Part shown: positions 38,151 through 51,623 of the stretch, one piece after another | How positions within the stretch are numbered: position 1 is the stretch's first letter | Layout of the letters: every line of letters begins with the position of its first letter | Assembly (NCBI GenBank): GCA_963704725.1 | Contig: OY969934.1 | Location: forward strand, 2,560,001 to 2,624,000 | Source of the DNA: an uncultured Actinomycetes bacterium | GTDB taxonomy: Bacteria; Actinomycetota; UBA4738; HRBIN12 | Direction: 5' to 3' | Length of the DNA stretch: 64,000 bases | The notes under the pieces: generated by a model | The model's database searches: none | Seen by the model: the letters and a program-made list of their open reading frames with translations, nothing else | What the model was told of the DNA's origin: nothing | Program-made: the position numbers and the translations under genes

Positions 38151-38426
38151 TCTCACCTCGAGGCTCCCGCCGGCGGAGCACCTCTCGGCCAGCCCGGGTG
38201 CGATGTCCGGCGGCGGCCCCCGGGCGGAACCGTCTCCGTAAGCCTGCTCACGACGCCCGACCCCGAGTCGCAGGCGGACCTGGGCGGACGGCTGCCTAAC
38301 TCAGTTAGGCGGCGAGCGCGTAGTTATCGGCGCTTGTGTTGATCCCGGCTTTTCACGAGGCATCCGGGGACCTCGGCCCGCTTCCCCCGAGCGGTTCATC
38401 GCTCGAGTCGAAGCCAGTACACCCCC
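38077..38426 (-). ncRNA. ssrA: tmRNA; tag reading frame 38305-38331 encodes ADNYALAA; CCA not fully encoded
   Basis: 5' GGGGGTGTACTGGCTTCGAC and 3' GGGGGTTCGATTCCCCCCGCCTCCA with G3.U70; tag ends YALAA*; directly downstream of smpB. Confidence 0.95.
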
Positions 38427-38444
38427 ATATGCAGTTGTTCACCG

Positions 38445-38450
38445 AGTATA
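38445..38450 (-). promoter_or_regulatory. -10 box TATACT of ssrA
   Basis: 18 nt upstream of the mature tmRNA 5' end. Confidence 0.6.
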
Positions 38451-38456
38451 CGGCGG

Positions 38457-38931
38457 CTACCGACGCCGCCCCGCCTCGCGCAGCATCTCGCGCTCGTGCT
38501 CGCGCTCCGCGAGCGCCTGGCGCTTCTCGTACTGGCGCTTGCCACGCGCCAGCCCGAGCTCCATCTTGGCGATCCCGTGGACGAAGTAGACGCGCAGCGG
38601 CACCAGTGCCAGTCCGCGCTCCGCAGTCTTCCCGATCAGGCGCTCGATCTCCTTGCGATGCAGGAGCAGCTTCCGAGTCCGGATGGGGTCGTAGACGCGC
38701 TTGTCCATGGCCTGCTCGTACGGCGGGATGTGCATCCCCTCGATCCACACCTCGCCGTCGCGGACCCTCGCGAACGACTCGGCCAGCGAGCCGCGGCCCG
38801 CCTCGAAGCGACTTGACCTCGGCCCCGGTGAGCACGATGCCGGTCTCGAAGTGCTCGAGGATCTCGTAGTCGCGCCGGGCGCGCCGGTTGGAGACGACGG
38901 TTCGCTCGCCGGGGTCCGCCTTGGGGCTCAT
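38457..38931 (-). CDS. smpB: SsrA-binding protein SmpB, with a one-base frameshift near 38802
   Basis: NRRARRDYEILEHFETGIVLTGAEVKSLR in one frame, then GSLAESFARVRDGEVWIEGMHIPPY...RTRKLLLHRKEI...ARGKRQYEKR in another; span is 3n+1. Confidence 0.9.
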
Positions 38932-38942
38932 GACGCCGGAGC

Positions 38943-39848
38943 TTAGACGTCGAGGAAGCGGCGCATCCCGACCAGGCCGGCCAGCAGCGCCACGGCGACG
39001 CCGGCGACGATCAGCCACGGGATCACGGCGATCACGTCCGAGTTCGTGACCCACGGGATGAACTGGATCGTGCCGTAGAGCGGGTTGATGAAGAAGACCT
39101 TCATCCCGAACAGGAACAGGATCGCCGCCGCCGCGCCGATCAGGCTCTCGAACACCCCCTCGACGAGGAACGGGATCCGGATCCGCCAGTTGGTCGCGCC
39201 GACGAGCTTCATGATCCCGATCTCCTTGCGCCGCGCGAACAGACCCATCCGCACGGTGTTGGCGATCAGGATCGACGCCGCGACGAGCATCACCAGCGCC
39301 ACCAACAGCACGCCGACGCGGAAGACCCTCGTCACGGAGAAGAGGCGATCAAGGAAGTCGCTCTGATCCACGAGCGTGTCGATCCCCGGCGTGGCGCACG
39401 CGTAGCGCCCCTGATCCTGCTCGCAGCCGAGGACGGCCGCCACCTCCCGGAACCGTTCCGGATCGCTGAGCTTGACCCGGAGCGAGGCGGGGAGCGCGTC
39501 GCAGTCCACGTTGTCGACGAGCGCGCGCTGGTTGGCGAACAGTTCCTTGAACCGCGCGCAGGCGTCCTCCTTGCTCTCGAACGTCACGTCGTCGACGACG
39601 TCGAGCTCGGAGATCGTCTGGGTGATCGACGCGACCCGGTTGGGGTTCACGGGGTCGCTGAGGTACACGGCGACCTCCACGTTGCCGGTGGTCGCGGAGA
39701 TCATCAGGTTCACCTGGCGGCTGATCAGGAGCGCCAGGCCAAACAGCAGCAGCGCGATGAACGTCGTGCTGATCGCGGCGAACGCGACGAGCCCGTTGCG
39801 GCGCAGGCCCGACGTCGTCTCGCGGAAGAAGTACTCGAACCCCGCCAC
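38943..39848 (-). CDS. ftsX: Cell division permease FtsX
   Basis: LRRNGLVAFAAI, IANTVRMGLFARRKEIGIMKLVGATNWRIRIPFLVEG. Confidence 0.93.
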   Translation of the reverse strand: MAGFEYFFRETTSGLRRNGLVAFAAISTTFIALLLFGLALLISRQVNLMISATTGNVEVAVYLSDPVNPNRVASITQTISELDVVDDVTFESKEDACARFKELFANQRALVDNVDCDALPASLRVKLSDPERFREVAAVLGCEQDQGRYACATPGIDTLVDQSDFLDRLFSVTRVFRVGVLLVALVMLVAASILIANTVRMGLFARRKEIGIMKLVGATNWRIRIPFLVEGVFESLIGAAAAILFLFGMKVFFINPLYGTIQFIPWVTNSDVIAVIPWLIVAGVAVALLAGLVGMRRFLDV

Positions 39849-40525
39849 TAGCTGTAGACCCCGCGGGCCTGATCGCGGATCACGCGGCCCTTGTCGAGCT
39901 CGATCACCCGGCGGCGCATCGCGTCCACGATGGCCTGGTCGTGCGTGGCCATGACCACGGTGGTCCCAATACGGTTGACCTTGTCGAGCAGGCGCATGAT
40001 CTCGACCGACGTGCTCGGGTCGAGGTTGCCCGTCGGCTCGTCGGCCAGCAGGACGAGCGGCCGGTTCACGCACGCCCGGGCGATCGACACGCGCTGCTGC
40101 TCGCCGCCGGACAGCTCGTCCGGGAAGTTGTTCAGCTTCTCGCCGAGGCCGACGAGGTCGAGGATCTCGGGCACGCGCTGGTCGATGACGCTCTTGGGCT
40201 TGCCGATCACCTCGAGCGCGAAGCCCACGTTCTCGAACACGGTCTTGTCGGTCAGGAGCTTGAAGTCCTGGAAGACGGTTCCGATGTTGCGACGCAGGTG
40301 CGGGGTCTTCCACGCCGTCAGCTTGGCCAGGTTCTTCCCGGCGACGTAGATGTCGCCCTTCGTCGCCGGCTCCTCCTTCAGCAGGAGGCGGATGAACGTC
40401 GACTTGCCAGAGCCGGACGCGCCGACGATGAAGACGAACTCGCCCTTGTCGACCTCGACCGAGACGTCCTCGAGGGCGGTCGTGCCGTTCCGGTAGACCT
40501 TCGTGACGTGCTGAAGACTGATCAT
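39848..40525 (-). CDS. ftsE: Cell division ATP-binding protein FtsE
   Basis: [43 protein letters not shown]. Confidence 0.95.
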   Translation of the reverse strand: MISLQHVTKVYRNGTTALEDVSVEVDKGEFVFIVGASGSGKSTFIRLLLKEEPATKGDIYVAGKNLAKLTAWKTPHLRRNIGTVFQDFKLLTDKTVFENVGFALEVIGKPKSVIDQRVPEILDLVGLGEKLNNFPDELSGGEQQRVSIARACVNRPLVLLADEPTGNLDPSTSVEIMRLLDKVNRIGTTVVMATHDQAIVDAMRRRVIELDKGRVIRDQARGVYS

Positions 40526-40624
40526 CGCCTGATTCCCGGGGAAGGTTGGGGGGTGACCGCGGCGGAGTCTAACAGAGGACCTTCGCGACCGGAACGAAGC
40601 ACGACCGGATAGCCTGGACCCCCG

Positions 40625-43063
40625 ATGGAGACCGCGACCAGGGCCGTCCCGACGCCTCCCACGACGGCCCCGAGCGCCGAGCGCCCCTCGCGCGCCCGCC
40701 GCCTCGTCGTCGCGGCCGGCGGACCGGCGCTGATCGTCGCCTCGGTGCTCGTCGCGCTTCGCGGGTTCGCGTTCCTCCCGTTGCTGACGAACCAGCACCC
40801 CGACATCCTCACGTTCTGGCTCCCCCGGTCCTGCCTGCTCGGCGACGCGCTGCGCGCCGGCCACGTCCCGCTGTGGAACCCGTTCGAGATGGCGGGGACG
40901 CCCTTCGCCGCCGACGCGCAGTCGGGATGGCTCTCGCTGCCCACGATGGCGCTCTCGTGGGCGTTCGGGTGCGGCGACGGGCTCCGCGCGCAGATCGTGC
41001 TGAACCCGATCCTGGCCGGTCTCGGGCTGTGGTGGTTCCTGCGCAAGGAGGGCCTCGGGCGCCTCGCGGCGACGGCGGGCGGGCTGTCGCTGGCGATGGC
41101 GATCGCGGCCTCGGTGGTGGCGATCTCGATGCCGTTCGCGGGGACGCTCGCGTGGACGCCGCTCGCGCTCGTCGGGGCCTCGGGGTTCTTCACATCGGAC
41201 GGCTGGCGCAGGTTCGGGTGGCTCGCGCTCTCGGCGTTCGCGTGGGGGCAGGTCGCGGCCACCCACCTGTCGCACGGGCTGCTGATCTGCACCGCGCTCG
41301 TGGGGGCGTACGTCGTCGCGAGAGCCGTTCAGGAGGTGCGCGCCGGCTCGCTCCGGGCACGGACCGCCGTCCTGATCGGGCTGGGCTTCCTCGCCTTCCT
41401 TCCCCTGGCGAACCTCGCGATCCTCGTCCCGCGCATCGTGCTGGTCGATCGCTCCAGCCTGCGGGTCGGGTACGGGGCGCTGAAGGGGACCGTTCCCCTC
41501 GTGACATCGCCGGAGGAGCGGCCCATCCCCGACCACGGGGTGTGGAGCGCGTGGCCGCTCGCGCTCGCGTCCACGCCGGGCGCGTACGTGGGGGCGGCGA
41601 TCCTGCTCGCGATCCCCCTCGCGTTCCGCGATCGGGCGCGCCGGCATCTGGTGTGGGCCGTCGCATCGGTGGGCGTCGCGTCGTATGTCCTCACGCTCAC
41701 GTTCCTCGTCGGCGCCGGATGGTTCCGGGCCGCCGTGGCCCGGCTGCCGTTCGGCGACGTGTACCTGCACAACCCGGGGCGGCTGCGATACGCGGCGTTC
41801 CTCGTCGTCCCGGTGCTCGGGGCGATCGGCCTCCAGTCGCTGTTCGACCGGCGGCCATCCTTCCCGCAGGCCCGGCGATGGCTCGCCGTCGGGGCGGGCG
41901 TGTTCCTGGTGCTGCCGCTCGTGCTCGGCGCGAAGCCGCAGCGTCTCGTCGTCTTCGCGATCGGCGTCGTGGTCGCCACCCTGCTCGTGCGGGCCCTGGC
42001 GACGGGGCGGCGATGGGCGGCGGGCGCGCTCGTGGCCGCCCTCTGCGCGGAGCTCCTCGCCGGAGCGCTGTGGTCCTCCGCCTATCACGGAGGAACCGTG
42101 TATCTCGGGCTCGAGGGCAGCGACCACCCCGCGCTGCTGCACGGCCCGGTCCGGTGGCCCGACGTCGACCTGAACGCCTACCTGCGCCCCGGGCCGATCG
42201 CTCGCGAGATCGCCGCCCGCGGCGACGGCCGGTATCTCGCGTGGATCCAGCCCGCCGCCGTCTTCAACAAGGGATACCTGTTCTCGCAGGGGGAGAACGA
42301 CTGGCCGGCCCTGCTCCTCGGCCGGGCGGTGGTGTTCGGCCTGCACGACGCGCTCGGGTACTCGCCGATCCAGGTCCAGCGGTACTGGACCTACATCCGC
42401 GCGACCGACAGGCTGCCGGTCTTCTACAACGCCGCCGTGATCCAGGAGCCGTCACTCGAGGACGTGCGGCTCCTGGGGGTGCGGTACCTGATCTTCCACG
42501 TCGGCCAGCCTGCGCTTCCGCGCGTCACGGGCGACGTCGTGGCGTCCGAGGACGGGTACCGACTGCTCAGGATCGACGGCGCCGAGCCGCGCGTGAGCGT
42601 CGTCCCGGCGTGGACGGTCGTGGCCGACGGAGGCATCGCCCTGGAGGCCGTGTTGCGGCCGGGGTTCGACCCCGCGGCCACCGCGTACGTCGAAGGCGAT
42701 CCGAAGATCTCGCCCGTCGAGGGCACGACCCCCGGAACGGCCACGTACCGCGAGGAGCGCCCAGAGGACGTCCGGATCGACGTCACGGCGAACGGCCCCT
42801 CGCTCGTCCTGGTCCGGAACGCGTGGGAGCGCGGATGGAGCGCCACGGTCGACGGGCGACCCGCGCGGCTCGTGCGCGCCGACTCGTTCCTGCAGGCCGT
42901 GCCGGTGACGGCCGGGCACCACGAGGTCCGTCTCGTCTACCGCGAGCCGGCGATCGGCGAGGGTCTGCTCGGGTCGGCCGTCGCGTGGGGGATGTTCGCC
43001 GTTGCGCTCGCCGGCGCGATCTTTTCGGCGAGGCGGGCGAGAAGGAAGGAGATGAAGGACTGA
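40625..43063 (+). CDS. YfhO-family multi-pass membrane protein (GT-C-like glycosyltransferase)
   Basis: [19 protein letters not shown], many TM helices, C-terminal [10 protein letters not shown]...[15 protein letters not shown]. Confidence 0.85.
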   Translation: METATRAVPTPPTTAPSAERPSRARRLVVAAGGPALIVASVLVALRGFAFLPLLTNQHPDILTFWLPRSCLLGDALRAGHVPLWNPFEMAGTPFAADAQSGWLSLPTMALSWAFGCGDGLRAQIVLNPILAGLGLWWFLRKEGLGRLAATAGGLSLAMAIAASVVAISMPFAGTLAWTPLALVGASGFFTSDGWRRFGWLALSAFAWGQVAATHLSHGLLICTALVGAYVVARAVQEVRAGSLRARTAVLIGLGFLAFLPLANLAILVPRIVLVDRSSLRVGYGALKGTVPLVTSPEERPIPDHGVWSAWPLALASTPGAYVGAAILLAIPLAFRDRARRHLVWAVASVGVASYVLTLTFLVGAGWFRAAVARLPFGDVYLHNPGRLRYAAFLVVPVLGAIGLQSLFDRRPSFPQARRWLAVGAGVFLVLPLVLGAKPQRLVVFAIGVVVATLLVRALATGRRWAAGALVAALCAELLAGALWSSAYHGGTVYLGLEGSDHPALLHGPVRWPDVDLNAYLRPGPIAREIAARGDGRYLAWIQPAAVFNKGYLFSQGENDWPALLLGRAVVFGLHDALGYSPIQVQRYWTYIRATDRLPVFYNAAVIQEPSLEDVRLLGVRYLIFHVGQPALPRVTGDVVASEDGYRLLRIDGAEPRVSVVPAWTVVADGGIALEAVLRPGFDPAATAYVEGDPKISPVEGTTPGTATYREERPEDVRIDVTANGPSLVLVRNAWERGWSATVDGRPARLVRADSFLQAVPVTAGHHEVRLVYREPAIGEGLLGSAVAWGMFAVALAGAIFSARRARRKEMKD

Positions 43064-43069
43064 CGCGGG

Positions 43070-44183
43070 CTACGAGCCCCGCTCCTCGGCGCGACGCCTC
43101 AGCTCGGCCTCGATCAGCTCCCCGATGTCGCCGTCGAGGACGCGGTCGACGTCGCCGATCTCCAGGCCGGTGCGGTGATCCTTGACCAGGCGGTAGGGGG
43201 CCAGGACGTACGAGCGGATCTGCGATCCGAAGTCGATCCCCTTGCGCTCGCCGCGCAGGTTCTCCAGGCGCTCCTGCTGCTGCTCGCGCATCCGCTCGAA
43301 CAGCCGCGACTTCAGGATCCGCATGGCGACGGCGCGGTTCTGCAGCTGCGAGCGCTCGTTCTGGCACGCGGCGGTGATCCCGGTCGGCAGGTGCGTGATC
43401 CGCACGGCCGAGTCGGTGGTGTTCACGGACTGGCCGCCGGGACCCGTCGAGCGGTAGACGTCGATCCGCAGGTCCTTGGGGTCGATGTCCACGTCCTCCT
43501 CGGTGGCCTCCTCGAGCAGCGGGATCACGTCGAGGTTGGCGAACGACGTGTGCCGGCGCTTCTGCGCGTCGAACGGGCTGATCCGGACGAGCCGGTGCAC
43601 GCCGCGCTCGGCCGAGAGCAGGCCGTACGCGTTCGGACCGTGGACCACGAACGTCGCGCTCTTGATCCCGGCCTCGTCGCCGAACAGCGTCTCGTCGACC
43701 TCGACGTCGAGCCCCTCGCGCTCGGCCCATCGCAGGTACATGCGCAGCAGCATCTCGGCCCAGTCCTGCGACTCCGTGCCGCCGGCGCCCGCGTGCAGCG
43801 TGGCCACGGCGTCGTTCTGGTCGTGCTCGCCGCCGAGGAGCGTCGCCAGCTCGAGCCGCTCCAGGTCCCGTTCCAGCTCGCGCACCGTCTTGGCCAGCTC
43901 GGCGGACAGGTCGGCGTCGGACTCGGCCTCCAGGAGCTCGTCCATGGCCCGCGCGTCGCCGAGGCGGCGGACGAAGGCGTCGTAGCGGTCGAGCTCTGCC
44001 TGCAGGCGCGAGAGCCGTGTGGTCAGCTGGCGGGCGTGGTCGGGGTCGTCCCAGAGCGAGGGATCGGCCGCCTGTTGCTCGAGCTCGGCCGCCTGCGCGC
44101 GCTTGCCGTCGACGTCAAAGGAACTCCTTCGCGGCGGCGATGCGCTCGGCGAGGTCCTCGAGGTGCTGGGTGTGCTCGCTCAT
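43070..44183 (-). CDS. prfB: Peptide chain release factor 2 with programmed +1 frameshift (CTT TGA C at 44120-44114)
   Basis: ATG 44183 ... AAG GAG TTC CTT TGA C with internal SD AGGAG; SPF and GGQ motifs downstream. Confidence 0.95.
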
Positions 44184-44221
44184 CGCCGGGCATCGTACCC
44201 GCCGGGTCCTATCCTGCCGTC

Positions 44222-45076
44222 GTGTCCACCCCCGGCGACCTCGCGCCCGGCGACCGCCTGGGCCCGTACCGGATCGAGGAGCCGCTCGGCCGGGGCGCCG
44301 TGGGCGTCGTGTTCCGCGCCGCGCGGGAGCCGGGCGGCGAATGGGTCGCGTTGAAGGTCCTGCGCCCCGAGCTGTCCCACGACGACGTGTTCCGGCGCCG
44401 GTTCGCGCACGAGGCGAGGGCCGCCGGGGAGGTGCGGCACCGCCATCTCGTTCAGGTCCTCGATGCCGGGGAGGCGGAGGGTCGTGCCTACCTGGCCGTC
44501 GCGTTCGTCCGCGGCCGCACGCTCGAGGAGCGGCTCGGGGTCGAGGGCGCCCTCCCCGTGGCCGACGTCGTCCGTCTCGTCGCCCACGTTGGGTCGGGCC
44601 TGGACGCGCTGCACGCCGCCGGCATCGTCCATCGAGACGTGAAGCCCTCGAACGTGATGCTCGACGAGGAGGGGTCCGCCCTGCTCACCGACTTCGGGCT
44701 GGCCAAGGGCCGCGCCTACACCGTCCTCACGCGGCCCGGCATGGTCATGGGAACCCTCGACTACCTCGCGCCCGAGCTGCTCCGCGGGGCCGAGGCCTCG
44801 CCGGCGAGCGACCGGTACGCGCTGGGGTGCCTCGCGTTCGAGTGCGCCACCGGGCGCCCGCCGTTCGCGGACCGGTCGATGGTCCAGCTCGCCTCCGCGC
44901 ATCTGGACGAGCCACCGCCCGACGCGTCGGCGCGGCGTGAGGACCTCCCGCCCGGGATGTCGTGGGCCATCACGCAGGCGCTGTCCAAGGAGCCGGCCCG
45001 GCGGCCGCCGACGGGGACGGCGTTCGCGAACCTGCTGGCGATCGGCTCCGGCGGCGGGACCCCGTCGCCGGCCTGA
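44222..45076 (+). CDS. Hanks-type Ser/Thr protein kinase (kinase domain only)
   Basis: LGRGAVGVV, VALK, HRDVKPSN, DFG, GTLDYLAPE. Confidence 0.92.
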   Translation: MSTPGDLAPGDRLGPYRIEEPLGRGAVGVVFRAAREPGGEWVALKVLRPELSHDDVFRRRFAHEARAAGEVRHRHLVQVLDAGEAEGRAYLAVAFVRGRTLEERLGVEGALPVADVVRLVAHVGSGLDALHAAGIVHRDVKPSNVMLDEEGSALLTDFGLAKGRAYTVLTRPGMVMGTLDYLAPELLRGAEASPASDRYALGCLAFECATGRPPFADRSMVQLASAHLDEPPPDASARREDLPPGMSWAITQALSKEPARRPPTGTAFANLLAIGSGGGTPSPA

Positions 45077-45080
45077 CCGG

Positions 45081-47120
45081 TCAGCCGCCCCGGGCGTCGA
45101 GCTCGGCGAGCCCCGACGCGGCCCGGGCACCGGCCTCGGCGTCCCCCAGCCGCTCCGCGAGCCGGGCGGCGCGGGTCCACAGCTCGCGGGCGCGCTCGCC
45201 GGCGTCCAGCTCCGCGGCCCGGGCGGCGGCCCGCTCGAGGTACACCAGGGCCTTGGCCCGCTCGTCGCTGCGATAGAAGTAGAAAGCGAGCTGCTCGAAC
45301 CGCTCCCCCACCTGAGCCCCGAACCGCTCCTCCATGGCCGCGCCCACCCGGCCCGAGAGCTCGCGGATCGCCGCCGGCGTCAGCGTCGACAACGCCGCCT
45401 CCTGCAGCAGGCCGTGACGGAACGTGCATTCGAGCTCGGGGAACCGGCGCACCTCTCGCACGATCTCGGCCCGCAGCAGCGCGGCCAGGTCGGCCTCGGG
45501 ATCCGCGCTCCCGGCGACGGCGGTCGCCACCGGCGCCGGGAACTCCCGGCCCACGACGGCCGCCACCTGCGCCAGCCGGCGCGGCCCGGGATCGAGACGG
45601 TCGATCCTGGCGACCAGGAGCGCCTCGAGCGCGGGGGGGAGGTCGGCCGCCGCACCGGGGCCGATCGTCCAGGTCCGGCGTCGGTCACCGCCGGACTCCA
45701 CCAGCGCGCGCACGAGCTCCTCGACGAACAGCGGGTTGCCCTCGGCCTTCGCCACGACCTCCTCCCGCACCGTCTCCCCGAGCAGCCCGGGCGGCACCAT
45801 GGCGTCCACCAGCGCGCCCGAAGCCTCGGGGGAGAGGGGCGGCAGCGAGAGCTCCTCGACCCGGTGCGGGTACCCGGCCTGCGCGGCCAGCCGGAACGCC
45901 CATCCCTGCGACGCGGGATCCGGGCGGAGCGTGGCGGCAAGCAGGATCGCCGAACGGTCGGTCAGGTCGAGCAGCCGCTCGGCCAGCTCGCGCGTGGTCC
46001 GGTTCGCCCATTGCAGGTCGTCGATCGCGACGACGAGCGGCCGCCTGGCCGCGACCGCCTCGGCCCACGCGACATACGCGTCGCGTTGTCGCGCCGCCAG
46101 GTCCTCGGGGGAGAGGACGAGGAGCCCGCGCTCCGACTCGGGATCCAGCCGCAGCGAGAGCACCAGGCCGAGGTACGGGAGCAGCTCGTCCCCCGCCGCA
46201 CCGAACAGCGCCCCGGCGCGGGCCCGGAGCTTGGTCCGAACGGCGACGTCGGCGTCGTCCTCGACCGCGCCGATCCACGTCCGCAAGATGTCGGCGAACG
46301 GCCCGTGGGAGGCCTCGGCTCCGTACGAGGCGCAGGCACCCGCGAGCCACGTGGCCTCGTCGCCGACGAGGTCCCGCAGCGCGTCGAGCATCCGCGTCTT
46401 GCCGAACCCGGCCTGTCCCAGGATCAACAGGGCGTGGCCCCGGCCGGTCCGGACGTCCCGAACGGAGCTGGCGAGGCGGGCAAGCTCGCCGTCCCGGCCG
46501 ACGAGCGCCGTCGAGGGCCGGGGCTCGCCCGTTGGCCGCGGACCGACCAGCCGGGACGCGGCCACGGGCTCCGCCCGCCCCTTCACGGTCAGGTCCCCGA
46601 GCGGCTCGAGGACGAAGCGGCCCGCGAGCCGCTCGGCGGTCTTGGGACCGACGGCGATCGTCCCCGGCTCGGCGGCCCCCTGGAGCCGCGCCGCCACGTT
46701 CGTCGTGTCGCCGAGGGCCACGATCCGGGCATCCCGGCCGCCGACCATGCCCACGGCGACCGGGCCGCTGTTCAGCCCGACGCGGACGTCGAACCCCTGG
46801 ATCCCCCACGCCGCCTCGACCTCCGCCGCGTACCCGGCGGCGATCCCCACGATCCGCAGCGCCGCGCGCGCCGCCCGTTCGGGATCGTCCTCGTGGGCGA
46901 TCGGGACGCCGAAGTAGGCGCAGATCCCGTCGCCCATGAACGCCTGCACGCTGCCGCCGAACTCCTCGACGGCGCGGCTCATCCGGGTGACGAACTCCCC
47001 GACCAGGGCCTTCACCTCGTCGGGCCCGAGCCGCTCCCCCAGGCCGGTCGAGCCCACGATGTCGCCGAACAGCGCCGTGATGGGGCGCATCTCGTCGCCG
47101 TGTCCCATCGGATCCGTCAC
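45081..47120 (-). CDS. Class III adenylate/guanylate cyclase fused to an AAA/STAND ATPase
   Basis: ALFGDIVGST, FMGDG, GDTTNVAARLQ; GQAGFGKT; IDDLQWA; GNPLFVEE. Confidence 0.9.
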   Translation of the reverse strand: MTDPMGHGDEMRPITALFGDIVGSTGLGERLGPDEVKALVGEFVTRMSRAVEEFGGSVQAFMGDGICAYFGVPIAHEDDPERAARAALRIVGIAAGYAAEVEAAWGIQGFDVRVGLNSGPVAVGMVGGRDARIVALGDTTNVAARLQGAAEPGTIAVGPKTAERLAGRFVLEPLGDLTVKGRAEPVAASRLVGPRPTGEPRPSTALVGRDGELARLASSVRDVRTGRGHALLILGQAGFGKTRMLDALRDLVGDEATWLAGACASYGAEASHGPFADILRTWIGAVEDDADVAVRTKLRARAGALFGAAGDELLPYLGLVLSLRLDPESERGLLVLSPEDLAARQRDAYVAWAEAVAARRPLVVAIDDLQWANRTTRELAERLLDLTDRSAILLAATLRPDPASQGWAFRLAAQAGYPHRVEELSLPPLSPEASGALVDAMVPPGLLGETVREEVVAKAEGNPLFVEELVRALVESGGDRRRTWTIGPGAAADLPPALEALLVARIDRLDPGPRRLAQVAAVVGREFPAPVATAVAGSADPEADLAALLRAEIVREVRRFPELECTFRHGLLQEAALSTLTPAAIRELSGRVGAAMEERFGAQVGERFEQLAFYFYRSDERAKALVYLERAAARAAELDAGERARELWTRAARLAERLGDAEAGARAASGLAELDARGG

Positions 47121-47161
47121 CGCACCTCCTGCCGGCCGAGCCTAATGGACGCGACCCGGTG

Positions 47162-47177
47162 TGTGACCGGCGTCACG
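47162..47177. promoter_or_regulatory. CRP-like site TGTGA-N6-TCACG
   Basis: In the divergent intergenic region between the cyclase-ATPase and the small ORF. Confidence 0.45.
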
Positions 47178-47261
47178 CCGATCACGTGGCGCCCAGCACC
47201 GACCGGCGCCTTCGGCCCCCGTAGCGTCGGACCCCGGAACCGGCAGGAAGGGAGAGGTCGA

Positions 47262-47528
47262 ATGAGCGCCATGACGGAGAGCCTGGGACGCAGGTACGGG
47301 GCTCGCGCGCCGCGGTGGCTCGCGATCGCCCTCGCCCTGCTCGCGTTCGCGATCATCGCGTCCGCGGTCGTCAGTCTCGCGGCGGATCGCTCGCCCGCGA
47401 CGACCCGCGACCCGGGACCGAGCCTGAGCGATCCGGCCGGGCGGCGCGGCGACTTCCACCACGGAGTCGTCAAGCGCGGTTCGGTCGCGGACCAGGGCTT
47501 CCGCGGCGGACCGGCCAGGCGAGGTTGA
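47262..47528 (+). CDS. Small single-pass membrane or exported hypothetical protein
   Basis: SD-like GGGAGAGGT; hydrophobic WLAIALALLAFAIIASAVVSLAA. Confidence 0.6.
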   Translation: MSAMTESLGRRYGARAPRWLAIALALLAFAIIASAVVSLAADRSPATTRDPGPSLSDPAGRRGDFHHGVVKRGSVADQGFRGGPARRG

Positions 47529-47604
47529 GCAGGACGTGATGAGCACCCGTCGACGCCACGACGGGCGGCGCCGGTGAGAGAACCCCCTTCGCTCCCGGCA
47601 GTAG

Positions 47605-47632
47605 GAAGGGCCGGCCTCCGGGCCGGCCCTTC
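47605..47632. terminator. Hairpin between convergent genes (secA terminator)
   Basis: GAAGGGCCGGCC-TCCG-GGCCGGCCCTTC, a perfect 12-bp stem. Confidence 0.75.
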
Positions 47633-47670
47633 GCCTGTCCCCCGGCCCGATCGCGTGGCTGTGGCTCGGC

Positions 47671-50346
<2,676 letters not shown>

Positions 50347-50495
50347 GGGGAACCCCTTCTGGAACCGCTGGGGAGGGCCGGGTTCCTATGGTACCGGAGC
50401 CCTCCGCAATGGCTCGAAGCTGCCACGATGACGGCCGCGAGGGCACGGGCCGTCCCGTGGGTATCCCTAGCATTCGACCGCACAGGAGGGCCGCG

Positions 50496-51623
50496 GTGAC
50501 CGATGTCAGCACGGAGAGAGCGGATCCCATGATCTCGCTCCGGCACGTGTCGAAGGCCTACGACGGGACCTCGGAGGCCGCGGTGGGCGACCTCTCGCTC
50601 GACGTCCCGCGCGAGGCCACCGTGATGCTCGTCGGCCCCTCGGGGTGCGGCAAGACGACCACCCTGAAGATGATCAATCGCCTCATCGAGCCGACCGCCG
50701 GCGAGATCGTCGTCGACGGGCGGGACGTGATGGCCGCCGACCCCGTGCAGCTCCGGCGCGGGATCGGGTACGTGATCCAGCAGGTCGGGTTGCTGCCCCA
50801 CCACACGATCTTCGACAACATCGCCACGGTTCCCCGGCTCCTGGGGTGGGATCGGGCGCGCACGCGCGACCGGGTCCTCGAGCTGGCCGCGCTCCTGGAC
50901 CTGGACGAGGCGTTCCTGTCCCGCTACCCGGCCGAGCTGTCCGGCGGCCAGCGGCAACGGGTCGGCGTGGCCCGAGCGCTGGGGGCCGACCCGCCGATCC
51001 TGCTCATGGACGAGCCGTTCGGGGCGGTGGACCCCATCGTCCGCGCCCGGCTCCAGGACGAGTTCGCCGCGCTCCGCACCCGGCTGGGCAAGACGGTCGT
51101 GTTCGTGACCCACGACGTCGACGAGGCCATCAAGCTCGGCGATCGCATCGCGATCATGAACGTCGGCGGGACGGTCGAGCAGTACGCGCCCCCCGAGGAG
51201 ATCCTTCGTACCCCGGCCACGGAGTTCGTCGAGAGGTTCGTGGGCAGCGAGCGCGGGCTCAAGCGCCTCTCGCTCATCCGCATCGCCGACATCGGGGTCG
51301 AGGACGGCCCGGTCGTGGCGTCGACCGATACGGCCGAGGAGGCCCGGCGCGCGATCGACGCCTCGCCGTTCGACTGGGCCTCGGTCGTGGACCGGGGCGA
51401 GCTCCTCGGGTGGATCGACCGCGCGGCGCTCGACGGCGCCCGCACCGTGGCCGAGCTCACGCCCCGGCGGTTCGTCGCGTACGTCACGTCGTCGAGCTCG
51501 CTGCGGGAGGCGCTCGACGCCATCGTCACCTCGCGCACCCGAGTCGCCGTGGTGGCGAGCGAGGGCCAGCGCTACCTGGGGATCCTCACGATGGAGCGGA
51601 TCTCGAGGGAGATCGTCGAGTGA
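50496..51623 (+). CDS. Osmoprotectant (glycine betaine/choline/proline) ABC transporter ATPase with CBS domains
   Basis: GPSGCGKTTTLKMINRLIEPT, LRRGIGYVIQ, LSGGQRQRVG, MDEPFGAVDP. Confidence 0.92.
   Translation: MTDVSTERADPMISLRHVSKAYDGTSEAAVGDLSLDVPREATVMLVGPSGCGKTTTLKMINRLIEPTAGEIVVDGRDVMAADPVQLRRGIGYVIQQVGLLPHHTIFDNIATVPRLLGWDRARTRDRVLELAALLDLDEAFLSRYPAELSGGQRQRVGVARALGADPPILLMDEPFGAVDPIVRARLQDEFAALRTRLGKTVVFVTHDVDEAIKLGDRIAIMNVGGTVEQYAPPEEILRTPATEFVERFVGSERGLKRLSLIRIADIGVEDGPVVASTDTAEEARRAIDASPFDWASVVDRGELLGWIDRAALDGARTVAELTPRRFVAYVTSSSSLREALDAIVTSRTRVAVVASEGQRYLGILTMERISREIVE

Noticed and set aside
44222-47120. Kinase plus cyclase-ATPase as an anti-phage STAND (Avs) system
   Set aside because: No nuclease or other effector domain, host-like composition, and an architecture common among actinobacterial signalling proteins.
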